A stretch of DNA of 34,088 nucleotides from Thermomicrobiales bacterium. Its GTDB lineage: Bacteria; Chloroflexota; Chloroflexia; Thermomicrobiales; JALYUS01. The DNA lies in the NCBI GenBank assembly GCA_050999735.1, contig JBPCPB010000011.1, positions 1 through 34,088 on the forward strand. Reading direction: 5' to 3'. The notes beneath the pieces are model-generated. The model was not told where the DNA came from. It worked only from the letters and a program-made list of their open reading frames with translations, and did no database searches. Made by a program: the position numbers and the translations under genes. This document shows positions 25,109 to 34,088 of the stretch, one piece after another (the stretch's first letter is position 1; the number at the start of each line of letters is the position of its first letter).

Positions 25109-27085
25109 ATGGCAACAATTGTCGCACCGCCCGCCGTTGATGTCAGCCGCCGCGCGCCGGGCGGGCGGGAGATCGTCCTCGACGCCAGGATTCCGTCCGA
25201 GCCAATTGAGCAGAAGTGGGAGAAGCATCAGTTCGAGATGAAACTGGTGAACCCGGCGACCAAGCGAAAGTTTACGGTGCTCATCGTCGGTTCCGGCCTC
25301 GCGGGCGGCTCCGCCACCGCGTCGCTGGCCGAACTCGGCTACCATGTCAAATGCTTCTGCTATCAGGATTCGCCGCGCCGCGCGCACAGCATCGCCGCGC
25401 AGGGCGGCATCAACGCCGCAAAGAACTACCGCAACGATGGCGATAGCGTCTCCCGCCTCTTTTACGACACGGTGAAAGGTGGGGACTTCCGCTCGCGCGA
25501 GGCGAATGTCTACCGGCTGTCGCAGATCAGCGTCAACATCATTGACCAGTGCGTTGCGCAGGGCGTTCCCTTCGCGCGCGAGTATGGCGGCCTGCTCGAC
25601 AACCGCTCCTTCGGCGGCGCGCAAGTCTCGCGCACCTTCTATGCGCGCGGCCAGACGGGGCAGCAACTGCTGCTCGGCGCGTACTCGGCGCTCTCGCGGC
25701 AGATCGGCCTCGGCAATGTCGAGATGTATCCGCGCCACGAGATGCTCGACCTCGTCGTTGTGGACGGCGCGGCGCGGGGTATCATCGCGCGCGACCTCGT
25801 GACGGGCGAAATCACGCCGTACGTCGCCGATGTGGTCGTGCTGGCCTCCGGTGGGTACGGGAATGTCTATTACCTCTCGACGAATGCGAAGGGGTGCAAC
25901 GTCACGGCGGACTGGCGGGCATACAAACGCGGCGCATTGTTCGCGAACCCCTGCTATACGCAGATTCACCCGACCTGCATCCCCGTTTCGGGCGATCACC
26001 AATCGAAACTGACGCTGATGAGCGAGTCGCTCCGCAACGACGGGCGCGTCTGGGTGCCGACGCAGGCGGGTGATGCACGACCGCCCGCGATGATCCCCGA
26101 GAGCGAGCGCGATTACTTCCTCGAACGGAAATATCCGAGTTTCGGCAACCTCGTCCCGCGCGATGTCGCGAGCCGCAACGCGAAGGAAGTCTGCGACGAG
26201 GGACGCGGCGTTGGGCCAGGCGGGCGCGGTGTCTACCTCGACTTCGCGGACGCGATTAAGCGGCTGGGGCGGCGGGTGATCGAGGAGCGGTACGGCAACC
26301 TCTTCGATATGTATAACAAGATTACCGGCGAGAACTCCTACGAAGCGCCGATGCGTATCTACCCCGCCATCCACTACACGATGGGTGGCCTCTGGGTGGA
26401 TTACAACCTGATGAGCACGATCCCCGGTCTCTTTGTCGGCGGCGAGGCGAACTTCTCCGACCACGGCGCGAACCGCCTCGGCGCGAGCGCCCTGATGCAG
26501 GGCCTCGCGGACGGCTACTTCATCCTCCCCTACACAATCGGCGACTACCTTGCCAACGCGAAACTGTCGAAGGTGGAGACGACCCACCCCGCCTTCGCGG
26601 AGTCTGCGGGCGAGGTCAATACCCGCGTCAAGCGGCTCCTCGGCATCCATGGCAATCGGACGGTAGATTCCTTCCATCGCGAACTCGGCCATATTATGTG
26701 GGACTACTGTGGCATGGCGCGCAACGACGCGGGATTGCGCCACGCGCTCGCCCAAATCCCGCAACTGCGCGAGGAGTTCTGGCAGAACGTCAACGTGATG
26801 GGCGAGAACGCGGAACTGAATCAGTCGCTCGAAAAGGCGGGGCGCGTCGCGGACTTCCTCGAACTCGGTGAACTGATCTGCACGGACGCCCTCAACCGCA
26901 CCGAATCGTGCGGCGGCCACTTCCGCGAGGAGAGCCAGACGGCAGACGGCGAAGCCTTGCGCGATGACGCGCATTTCTCGCATGTTTCGGCGTGGGAATA
27001 CACCGGCGTCGGTAACACCCCCGCGCTGCACACGGAACCCCTCGAATTCGAGTATGTTCACCCCTCACAACGGAGCTACGTGTAA
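25109..27085 (+). CDS. sdhA: Succinate dehydrogenase/fumarate reductase flavoprotein subunit
   Basis: [48 protein letters not shown]; ATG 25109. Confidence 0.97.
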   Translation: MATIVAPPAVDVSRRAPGGREIVLDARIPSEPIEQKWEKHQFEMKLVNPATKRKFTVLIVGSGLAGGSATASLAELGYHVKCFCYQDSPRRAHSIAAQGGINAAKNYRNDGDSVSRLFYDTVKGGDFRSREANVYRLSQISVNIIDQCVAQGVPFAREYGGLLDNRSFGGAQVSRTFYARGQTGQQLLLGAYSALSRQIGLGNVEMYPRHEMLDLVVVDGAARGIIARDLVTGEITPYVADVVVLASGGYGNVYYLSTNAKGCNVTADWRAYKRGALFANPCYTQIHPTCIPVSGDHQSKLTLMSESLRNDGRVWVPTQAGDARPPAMIPESERDYFLERKYPSFGNLVPRDVASRNAKEVCDEGRGVGPGGRGVYLDFADAIKRLGRRVIEERYGNLFDMYNKITGENSYEAPMRIYPAIHYTMGGLWVDYNLMSTIPGLFVGGEANFSDHGANRLGASALMQGLADGYFILPYTIGDYLANAKLSKVETTHPAFAESAGEVNTRVKRLLGIHGNRTVDSFHRELGHIMWDYCGMARNDAGLRHALAQIPQLREEFWQNVNVMGENAELNQSLEKAGRVADFLELGELICTDALNRTESCGGHFREESQTADGEALRDDAHFSHVSAWEYTGVGNTPALHTEPLEFEYVHPSQRSYV

Positions 27086-27915
27086 TGGCAACGCTCGCAG
27101 CACGGGGAATCAGTACCGCACACGACGGTCATGCCGAACGCACGCTGAACCTCACCCTTCAGGTCTGGCGGCAAAAGAACGCCACCAGTTCCGGTAAGAT
27201 GGTCACCTACGCGGCGACGGACATCAGCAGAGACATGTCTTTTTTGGAGATGCTCGATGTCGTCAATGAGGTGCTGATCGCGCGCGGCGAGGAGCCAATC
27301 GCCTTCGATAACGACTGCCGCGAGGGTATCTGCGGCACCTGCGGATTTATGATCAACGGCGTCGCGCATGGCCCCGAATCCGGCACGACGGTCTGCCAGC
27401 TACATATGCGCCACTTCCGCGACGGTGAAACGATTACGATTGAGCCGTGGCGGGCGCGTGCCTTCCCGGTCATCAAGGACCTCATCGTGGATCGCAGCTC
27501 CTTCGACCGGATTATCCAGATGGGCGGCTACATCACCGCCCCAACGGGCGGCGCGCAAGACGCCAATGCGATCCTCGTCCCGAAGGCGGACGCCGATGTC
27601 GCATTCGATTCCGCCGCCTGCATCGGTTGCGGCGCGTGCGTGGCGATGTGCCCGAATGCCTCAGCGATGCTCTTCACCGCCGCGAAAATCTCGCACCTCG
27701 GCCATCTGCCACAGGGTCAGCCGGAGCGCGACGACCGCGTGCTGCGGATGGTCGAGCAGATGGATGTCGAGGGCTTCGGCGCCTGCACGAACATCGGCGA
27801 GTGCGCCGCTGTCTGCCCGAAGGAGATCCCGATGGACGTCATCTCCTTCATGAACCGCGACCTCCTCCGCGCCACCCGCCGCAAAGACCGCGAGGCGAAG
27901 ACGAGCGACGAGTAA
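27085..27915 (+). CDS. sdhB: Succinate dehydrogenase/fumarate reductase iron-sulfur subunit
   Basis: [33 protein letters not shown]; TAATG overlap with sdhA. Confidence 0.97.
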   Translation: MATLAARGISTAHDGHAERTLNLTLQVWRQKNATSSGKMVTYAATDISRDMSFLEMLDVVNEVLIARGEEPIAFDNDCREGICGTCGFMINGVAHGPESGTTVCQLHMRHFRDGETITIEPWRARAFPVIKDLIVDRSSFDRIIQMGGYITAPTGGAQDANAILVPKADADVAFDSAACIGCGACVAMCPNASAMLFTAAKISHLGHLPQGQPERDDRVLRMVEQMDVEGFGACTNIGECAAVCPKEIPMDVISFMNRDLLRATRRKDREAKTSDE

Positions 27916-28028
27916 CGAAGAGTGGCGTAAGGGATGGGAAGAATCGGCGACGCGGCAGAACGGCAAGGCTATGCGGTCGTAGCTCAACCCATGTTACGGT
28001 TGGCCGCCCGTATCCCGGAATCGCTCAT

Positions 28029-28081
28029 TTGTGAAACGCTTGTGAGGCATTTCAAAACCCTCTTTTGCCAAGGTGTATACT
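28029..28081 (+). promoter_or_regulatory. Putative oppB promoter with imperfect TGTGA-N6-TCACA-like site
   Basis: ttgtgaggcatttcaaaa at about 28040-28057 and TATACT at 28076-28081. Confidence 0.3.
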
Positions 28082-28155
28082 AATCTTCAACAGACTCATC
28101 TGTGTGGAGCAATGTTGGTGATCGTCCCACTGCCCATGTACGGAGAGCGCATCAC

Positions 28156-29100
28156 ATGGCACGGTACATCGTAGGGCGTATCCTCTGGATCGTCCCGACC
28201 CTCTTCGCGATGTCCCTGACGCTCTTTCTGCTCATGCATGCTACGCCGGGCAGCCCCTTCCAACTCGAGAAAGCCAGCCCCGCGTACATCAGGAATCTGA
28301 ACCATCAATACGGGCTCGACAAGCCATTGCCGCTGCAATACCTCATCTGGATCGGAAATGTTCTTCACGGCCAATTCGGCTACAGCGCCGTCTCTCGGAT
28401 ACACACCGTGCAGAGCCTGATCTTACAGCAGCTTCCGATCAGCCTCGAAGTCGGTTTTCTCGCCACTGTCCTCTCCTTTGTGGTCGGCATCACCCTTGGT
28501 GTGATCGCTGCCGTGCATCAGAATGAGCCGCTGGATTACCTGATTACGCTGCTCACGATCCTCGGCGCGAGCCTCCCAAGCTTCGTCGCGGCCTTTCTGT
28601 TGCTCTACGTCGTCATCATCGTCCTCCCGGACACACTCCATCTCCATCTCGGCTTCACGACGCTCTGGACCGGCACGCCACGAGATTATTTCTTGCCGGT
28701 GATCGCGCTCTCGATCCATCCGATCGCGACGATCGCCAGTTACACACGCACGAGCATGTTGGATGCGCTCCATGGAGATTACGTCCGCACGGCGCGAGCG
28801 AAGGGGGTGCGCGAGCACCGGGTGATCGGGCTGCATGTGACGAGAAACGCCTTGATGCCTGCGATCACGCTGATCGGCCCGATCTTTGCGGGAGTCGCGA
28901 CGGGGAGCCTCGTGGTCGAGGTGGCCTTCGACATGCCGGGGATCGGCAAGTTCTTCGTGGCCAGCCTGCTGAATCAGGACTATCCGATGATCATGGCGAT
29001 CTTTTTGCTGCTTGGCACGCTGCTGACGGTCATGAGCCTGATCTGTGACGTGGCATATGGCTTCATTGATCCGCGTGTGCGCTTTGCCAGACGCTCGTAA
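28156..29100 (+). CDS. oppB: Peptide/nickel ABC transporter permease (OppB/DppB family), standalone
   Basis: TPGSP, YGLDKPL..QY, GQFGYS, DYVRTARAKG EAA loop, F.MPGIG, DYP, IDPRVR. Confidence 0.9.
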   Translation: MARYIVGRILWIVPTLFAMSLTLFLLMHATPGSPFQLEKASPAYIRNLNHQYGLDKPLPLQYLIWIGNVLHGQFGYSAVSRIHTVQSLILQQLPISLEVGFLATVLSFVVGITLGVIAAVHQNEPLDYLITLLTILGASLPSFVAAFLLLYVVIIVLPDTLHLHLGFTTLWTGTPRDYFLPVIALSIHPIATIASYTRTSMLDALHGDYVRTARAKGVREHRVIGLHVTRNALMPAITLIGPIFAGVATGSLVVEVAFDMPGIGKFFVASLLNQDYPMIMAIFLLLGTLLTVMSLICDVAYGFIDPRVRFARRS

Positions 29101-29280
29101 AGCCTGTTGTCTCATCTGTGTCGCGAAAAGAACACTTAGAGCGAAGCCGCGAGACTTTTCCCCGGCAAACATTTCCCATCATCCGAGTCTCACAATGCGC
29201 CATTTGCGCTCTGAGATCATGTCAGGGAAACGGTCGAATCCAGTCACAACCCGATAGACCGCTGCTGGCTTCGCCACTTT

Positions 29281-29289
29281 TGCTATACT
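29281..29289 (+). promoter_or_regulatory. Extended -10 of the toxin-antitoxin locus
   Basis: TGCTATACT about 35 bp upstream of the DUF433 ATG. Confidence 0.5.
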
Positions 29290-29323
29290 TCCTTGTAGTG
29301 CGATCCGCGAGAGGAGGGTTCTC

Positions 29324-29599
29324 ATGGTGCGAGAGCAGATACAAGCACGGACAATCGACCGTAACCCGCGTATTCCCTTCGGTGAACCAACCATTGAGGG
29401 AACGCGTACCTCTGTCCGCACGATTGTCTTAGCGCAATACATGTTCGGCAGCGCGGAGCGCGTTCAAGAACAGTTGCCAACGCTGCGTATACCGGACATT
29501 GGGGCGGCGCTCAATTACTACCAGAGCCGTCGCGATGAGATCAATGCGTACATCGCGGAGAACAACGAGGGCGAAGACATCCCGTACGAGCGGCTGTAG
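29324..29599 (+). CDS. DUF433-family antitoxin
   Basis: IDRNPRIPFGEPTIEGTRTSV..I...LPTL...DIGAALNYY; GGAGG RBS. Confidence 0.9.
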   Translation: MVREQIQARTIDRNPRIPFGEPTIEGTRTSVRTIVLAQYMFGSAERVQEQLPTLRIPDIGAALNYYQSRRDEINAYIAENNEGEDIPYERL

Positions 29600-29776
29600 T
29601 GTTCCCGGCGCTCTATCTTGACGAATGCGTGTTCCTCGACACCGCACTGCTCCTCAGCGCGCGGCATCACCGTCGTCACCGCCCAATCGGTTGGCATGGC
29701 TTCGGCCAGTGATGAAGCGCAACCCGAGTGGGACGTTCGCTATGCTATTCTACGCATGGAGCAGGATGCACACTGA
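29599..29776 (+). pseudogene. DUF5615 (PIN-like) toxin remnant, frameshifted and internally deleted or truncated
   Basis: GTG overlaps the antitoxin stop: MFPALYLDECV..TALLLSA, frameshift near 29660, then RGITVVTAQSVGMASASDEAQ and a stop at 29776. Confidence 0.8.
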
Positions 29777-29792
29777 TCCCAATGGGGAGACC

Positions 29793-30605
29793 ATGCAGAC
29801 GCGCGTACCAGCGACGACGATCACGATTCGACCCATCCATGATCCGGCAGAACTACGCGCCTGCCAGGATGTCCAGCGGCGCACCTGGGGGATCACGGAG
29901 GATGGCTATCTCGTGCCGGTGGCGACACTCGCGGCGGCGAGCGCCTATGGTGGCCTCGTGCTCGGCGCGTTCGATGGCGACCGGCTCGTCGGCTTCTCCT
30001 TCGCCTTTCGCGGCGTGCTGGATCGGACGCCGATCCTCTATTCGCAACTGACAGGCGTCCTGCCCGAAGCGCAGGGCGGCGGCACCGGGCGGCGGATCAA
30101 GCAGTGGCAGCGGACGTGGGCGCGCGAGCAGGGGTTGCCGCTCGTCGCGTGGGCCTTTGACCCGTTGCAGGCGATGAATGCCCACTACAACCTCGTCGCC
30201 CTCGGCGCAATTGCCACGCACTACCACCCCAATTTCTACGGCCTGCGTGAGGATGCCCTCAACCCCGGCTTGCCGACGGATCGCCTCCTCTGCGTCTGGC
30301 CGACCGCCGATCCGCTCCCCGCGAAACCGGCTGTTTCCGAAAGCGATCTCTTCACGATTGTCCGAACGCGACAAATGCGTAATGGACTCCTCGCGCCCGA
30401 CCCACGCGAGCGCGAATGGGCGCGGTTTGTCGCGATTGATATTCCGCCGGATCTGCGCCCGCTGCGCGAGCAAGAGCCAGATGTGATCAATCTTTGGCAG
30501 AGTGCGGTTCGCCATGCATTCGAGGAAGCGTTCGCGCAGGGTTATCGCGCCGTCACCTTCCACCGCCGCGATAGTCGCGCCTGGTATGTCCTCACGAAGG
30601 AGTAA
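29793..30605 (+). CDS. GNAT N-acyltransferase (COG3375-like; probable D-amino-acid N-succinyltransferase)
   Basis: GGLVLGAF..LVGF, LYSQLTGV, WAFDPLQAMNAHYNL..LGA, PNFYG..D.LN.GLPTDRL; directly upstream of NSAR/OSBS. Confidence 0.85.
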   Translation: MQTRVPATTITIRPIHDPAELRACQDVQRRTWGITEDGYLVPVATLAAASAYGGLVLGAFDGDRLVGFSFAFRGVLDRTPILYSQLTGVLPEAQGGGTGRRIKQWQRTWAREQGLPLVAWAFDPLQAMNAHYNLVALGAIATHYHPNFYGLREDALNPGLPTDRLLCVWPTADPLPAKPAVSESDLFTIVRTRQMRNGLLAPDPREREWARFVAIDIPPDLRPLREQEPDVINLWQSAVRHAFEEAFAQGYRAVTFHRRDSRAWYVLTKE

Positions 30606-30611
30606 GCCGTC

Positions 30612-31763
30612 ATGCGTATCACCCGCGTTGATCTGTTGCATGTCCGCATGGAACTCGTGCGCGGCTTCGAGACGAGTTCGCATCGCAAAAACGACCTGAA
30701 TCATATCCTCGTTCGCGTTCATGATGATGCGGGGCATGTCGGGTGGGGCGAATGCGCCGTGCCGACCGATCCGTACTACTGCCCGGAGACGACCGAGACG
30801 GCATGGTCCATCCTGCGCGACTTTATGGCTTCGACGGTGATCGGACAGGAGATCGGGTCGCCGGAGGAATTGCTGGCGCGGTACGCGAAGGTGCGCGGCA
30901 ACAACTTCGCCCGCTCCGGGCTGGAGATGGCGTACTGGGCGCTGCTTGCGACCGTCGAAGATCAGCCGCTGGCCCGCATGCTCGGCGCAACGCGGCCCGC
31001 CATTGTCTCCGGCGTCTCCCTCGGCATCGAGCGAGATGTCGCGCGGCTGCTCGATGTCGTCGGCGAGTTCGTCGCGCAAGGCTATCCGCGCGTCAAACTG
31101 AAGATCGCGCCGGGCTGGGACCTGATCCCCGTGGCGGCGGTGCGCGAGCGGTGGCCCGATCTCCCCGTACAAGTGGACGCGAACAGCGCCTACACCCTCG
31201 ATCAAATCTCCCAAATCAAGGAACTGGACCGTTTCGGCCTCCTGATGATCGAGCAGCCGCTCGGCCACGATGACATCGTGGATCACGCCCGCATTCAGGC
31301 GGCGCTCGATACGCCGATCTGCCTCGACGAATCCATTCACACGGCGGAGGATGCCCGCAAGGCGCTCGACCTCAACGCCGGGCGGATCATCAATATCAAG
31401 ACGAGCCGCCTCGGTGGATTGCTCGAAGCGAAGAAAACGCATGATCTCTGCTACGCGCGCGGCATCCCCGTCTGGTGCGGCGGCATGCACGAGTACGGCG
31501 TCGGGCGGGCGGCGAACGTGGCGATTGCCGCACTCCCCGGCTTTACGCTGCCCGGCGATGTCTCCGGCTCCGACAAATATTACGCGCGGGACATCACGAC
31601 CGTGCCAATCCTCGCCACGGACGGCGCGATCCCTGTCCCGACGACGCCCGGCCTCGGCTATGACGTGGACGAGGAATACGTCCGCGCCCAGACCATCTGT
31701 GCTCTCTCCCGCTCTGCTGGCGCCGATATCTGGCAGAACGGCAACGCGGCATGGGCGGGATGA
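30612..31763 (+). CDS. menC: o-succinylbenzoate synthase / N-succinylamino acid racemase (enolase superfamily)
   Basis: FETS, GWGEC, SGVSLGI, KLKIAPG, VDAN, IEQP, LDES, NIKTSRLGG, WCGGM, PGDVSGS. Confidence 0.9.
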   Translation: MRITRVDLLHVRMELVRGFETSSHRKNDLNHILVRVHDDAGHVGWGECAVPTDPYYCPETTETAWSILRDFMASTVIGQEIGSPEELLARYAKVRGNNFARSGLEMAYWALLATVEDQPLARMLGATRPAIVSGVSLGIERDVARLLDVVGEFVAQGYPRVKLKIAPGWDLIPVAAVRERWPDLPVQVDANSAYTLDQISQIKELDRFGLLMIEQPLGHDDIVDHARIQAALDTPICLDESIHTAEDARKALDLNAGRIINIKTSRLGGLLEAKKTHDLCYARGIPVWCGGMHEYGVGRAANVAIAALPGFTLPGDVSGSDKYYARDITTVPILATDGAIPVPTTPGLGYDVDEEYVRAQTICALSRSAGADIWQNGNAAWAG

Positions 31764-31767
31764 AAGC

Positions 31768-33126
31768 GTGAAGCGCATGCTGCCCAGAGGGCACCCGCGC
31801 AGAGGACACAGAGAACGCAGAGAAGGAAGAAATACAATTCCTCTCTTCCCCCTCTGTGTCCTCTGTGATCTCCGTGCGGGCGCCCTCTGGGCAGCATGCG
31901 CTTTGTTTGTCGTTTTCCTTGTCGCGTGCGGGGGCGGGAGAGGAACGCCGACACCGGTGGCGCTGACGGCGCAGCAGACGGCGCTGGCGCAACTGACTGC
32001 CGTACCGGGCACGCCGACCATACACGGGCCAACGGTTGTGCCCACACGCCCCGTGGTGACCGTGACCGCCCAACTGTCCACCACGCGTGCGATACCGACA
32101 CCGGGCAGCAACACGACCGCCATACCTGTACCGGTGATAGAGACGCCGGGGTTGAAGCCGCTCGCGGGCGGCACGACATATACGAACCCGGCGAAGACCT
32201 ACCGGATTACGCTTCCGCCAGACTGGACACCGCCCGCACCCGATCCCGCAACGCCCGGCCGCATCGTCGCACGCGCGCCGAATGATGCCGCGACCCTGAC
32301 AATCGAAGAAGGGCCGACGCCGGACAATTGGACGCGGCTCGCGCCCCCCGCCATCGCTGGGATGCTCGATGCGTCGTATCGGCAGGATGCACCGGGCAGC
32401 ACGCTGCAAAACGTGGCGCTGACCGGCATCCGTGGCGCCAATGATGCCGGGGCGCCGACCTACGCGCTCACCTATCTGAGCAACACGGGCGGTTCCCCTG
32501 CGACGGTGGAGCGGTTCGTCACGCTCACCTTTGCGGGCGCGATCGCCATTACTGCGATTGCCGCGCCCGATGTGGCGCGCGCGATGCGCCCGATGGTGGA
32601 AGGGATCGTCGGCTCACTCGTGCCGCTCAAACTCGATGCGCCAACGCCCGCCGCGCTCGCCCCGCCGACCGGAAATGGCGCGGTCACGCGTACGCCATCC
32701 GGCCTCGGCATCGTTTTGCCGGACGGCTGGGCGACCATCGCGCCGCCCGCTATGCCGCCGGGTGTCGAGTTCGCCGCTCAGAGCGCGACGGGCGAGCAGC
32801 GTGTCCGCGTCGTCCACAAGCAAATCACAGACAGTACGAAACTGAACGACTTCGCTGCCACCGTCGCGGACGAACTGAAGGCGACGACCGAGAATTATGA
32901 AGTTGACGCGGAAGGGACAAATACCATCGGTGGCGCGCGGGCCGTGCGGAACCTCTATCGCGCCACGATCGGCGGCAAGGAAGTTGTCGGGCAGAGCGTC
33001 GCGCTCATTAAAGGCAGCAATGGCTACGTCGTCAGCGTCGAGGCGCCCGCCGCACAGTACGATGCGAATCCGGACGATACGCAGGCGCTCTTTGATCGTG
33101 TCGAAAGCAGTGTTGTGCTCCCCTGA
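31768..33126 (+). CDS. Lipoprotein with Thr/Pro linker and two PsbP/DcrB-like domains
   Basis: Lipobox FLVA-CGG; TYTNPAKTYRITLPPDW and SGLGIVLPDGW domain starts; ends FDRVESSVVLP; start GTG 31768 or ATG 31777. Confidence 0.78.
   Translation: MKRMLPRGHPRRGHRERREGRNTIPLFPLCVLCDLRAGALWAACALFVVFLVACGGGRGTPTPVALTAQQTALAQLTAVPGTPTIHGPTVVPTRPVVTVTAQLSTTRAIPTPGSNTTAIPVPVIETPGLKPLAGGTTYTNPAKTYRITLPPDWTPPAPDPATPGRIVARAPNDAATLTIEEGPTPDNWTRLAPPAIAGMLDASYRQDAPGSTLQNVALTGIRGANDAGAPTYALTYLSNTGGSPATVERFVTLTFAGAIAITAIAAPDVARAMRPMVEGIVGSLVPLKLDAPTPAALAPPTGNGAVTRTPSGLGIVLPDGWATIAPPAMPPGVEFAAQSATGEQRVRVVHKQITDSTKLNDFAATVADELKATTENYEVDAEGTNTIGGARAVRNLYRATIGGKEVVGQSVALIKGSNGYVVSVEAPAAQYDANPDDTQALFDRVESSVVLP
31771..31903. 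repeat. Family A palindromic element lying within the 5' end of the lipoprotein gene
   Basis: 22-bp perfect outer arms (31771-31792 / 31882-31903) enclosing cagaggacacagagaacgcagag / ctctgtgtcctctgtgatctccgtg. Confidence 0.85.
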
Positions 33127-33152
33127 CACTATCGGCGTAAGGAGGTTTCGCC

Positions 33153-33989
33153 ATGGCGGAGGATCGCTATTCTCAATCGGTGAGCGCGCACTACACATCG
33201 GGCGACCTCGGGGAACGGATACTGACCGGACTGCGCGCCGCCGGGAAGGACCCCGAGGCGCTCACACTTGACGATCTCACGCCCGTTGATCAGTTCCATC
33301 TCGGTGGCAAATCCGCGACGCTCGAACTGTTGCGGCGGACGGACATCCAGCGCGGCATGCGTCTTCTCGATGTCGGTGGCGGTTTGGGCGGGCCAGCGCG
33401 CGTGATCGCCGATCACACAGACTGCACGGTAATGGTGCTGGATCTCTCGGAGGAGTTCTGCCAGGTTGGGGCAATGCTCACCGCACGCGTTGGCATGAGC
33501 GACCGTGTCACCTTCCAGCACGGCAGCGCGCTCGACATGCCGTTCCCGGGTGAGGAGTTCGACGCAGTCTGGACGCAGCATTCCACGATGAATATCGTGG
33601 AGAAAGAGCGACTGTATCGCGAGATTCACCGTGTGCTACGCCCGCGTGGCCGCCTTGCCATGCACGAAAACATGGCAGGGCCGGTGCAACCGATCCATTT
33701 CCCGGTCCCGTGGGCGCGCGACCCCGCGATCAGTTTCTTACGTTCATCAGAAGAAACGCGCAAACTGCTCGCGGAAACGGGGTTCCGTGAGATCGAATGG
33801 GTAGACGACAATGAGAAGATCATTGCCGCTTTGCAGCGACAGGCCTCCATCATGGCACTGAATGGACCACCGCCGCTTGGGATTCAACTGCTGATGGGGA
33901 TGGAATTCCCTACGATGGTGGTGAATGTCGAGCGCAACCTTCAGGAGAATCGCCTCACCATCATTCAGGGTGTCTTCGAACGAATCTGA
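33153..33989 (+). CDS. Class I SAM-dependent methyltransferase (sarcosine/dimethylglycine N-methyltransferase-like)
   Basis: DQFHLGG..AT, LLDVGGGLGGPAR, GSALDMPF, EIHRVLRPRG, FPVPWA; AAGGAGG RBS. Confidence 0.9.
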   Translation: MAEDRYSQSVSAHYTSGDLGERILTGLRAAGKDPEALTLDDLTPVDQFHLGGKSATLELLRRTDIQRGMRLLDVGGGLGGPARVIADHTDCTVMVLDLSEEFCQVGAMLTARVGMSDRVTFQHGSALDMPFPGEEFDAVWTQHSTMNIVEKERLYREIHRVLRPRGRLAMHENMAGPVQPIHFPVPWARDPAISFLRSSEETRKLLAETGFREIEWVDDNEKIIAALQRQASIMALNGPPPLGIQLLMGMEFPTMVVNVERNLQENRLTIIQGVFERI

Positions 33990-34022
33990 TACCGTTTCAC
34001 GATAGAAATGGCGCGATGCCTG

Positions 34023-34058
34023 CGTAGGGGAGGGTCGGGGGGCGGCCTCTCCCATACC
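34023..34058. repeat. GTAG-type REP-like palindrome after the methyltransferase
   Basis: cgtaggggagggtc-ggggggc-ggcctctccc. Confidence 0.45.
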
Positions 34059-34088
34059 CACCCCCCAATACATTGCGAAGCTTGTTGC

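Noticed and set aside
25088-27061. 657-aa minus-strand ORF
   Set aside because: Antisense shadow of sdhA.
24411-27915. sdhCAB as a novel respiratory complex
   Set aside because: Standard three-subunit succinate:quinone oxidoreductase with canonical motifs.
29853-32174. 773-aa minus-strand ORF
   Set aside because: Antisense to GNAT, menC and the lipoprotein, with no recognisable domain.

Overview
High-GC chromosomal segment, most likely from a Chloroflexota (Thermomicrobia-like) bacterium; this is inferred from a secreted protein with QYFDKARME/FERRVLTY motifs and the general gene style. It is mostly housekeeping and accessory metabolism: two DinB proteins, AlkA, an S11 DD-carboxypeptidase, DmpA, HisF, a long coiled-coil protein, an S9 peptidase, a GT39, an MFS transporter, an amidohydrolase, a threonine dehydratase, a SWIM protein, a UbiG-like methyltransferase, sdhCAB, an orphan oppB, a DUF433 antitoxin, a GNAT + NSAR/OSBS pair, a lipoprotein and a methyltransferase. 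I see no rRNA, tRNA, CRISPR, transposase or phage genes. Four things stand out. (1) A secreted Gly/Asn/Phe-rich, Cys-paired low-complexity protein at the left edge, missed by the ORF track, is an amyloid/matrix candidate. (2) At least four families of short palindromic repeats fill the intergenic spaces; one is translated as the signal peptide of a lipoprotein and another supplies the stop codons of two convergent genes. (3) Five broken genes are present, four of them hit by deletions, including two divergent gene remnants fused back-to-back. (4) A DD-carboxypeptidase has a cytoplasmic TPR-like tail, and an amidohydrolase has a non-canonical metal site. No complete new multi-gene system can be demonstrated from sequence alone.
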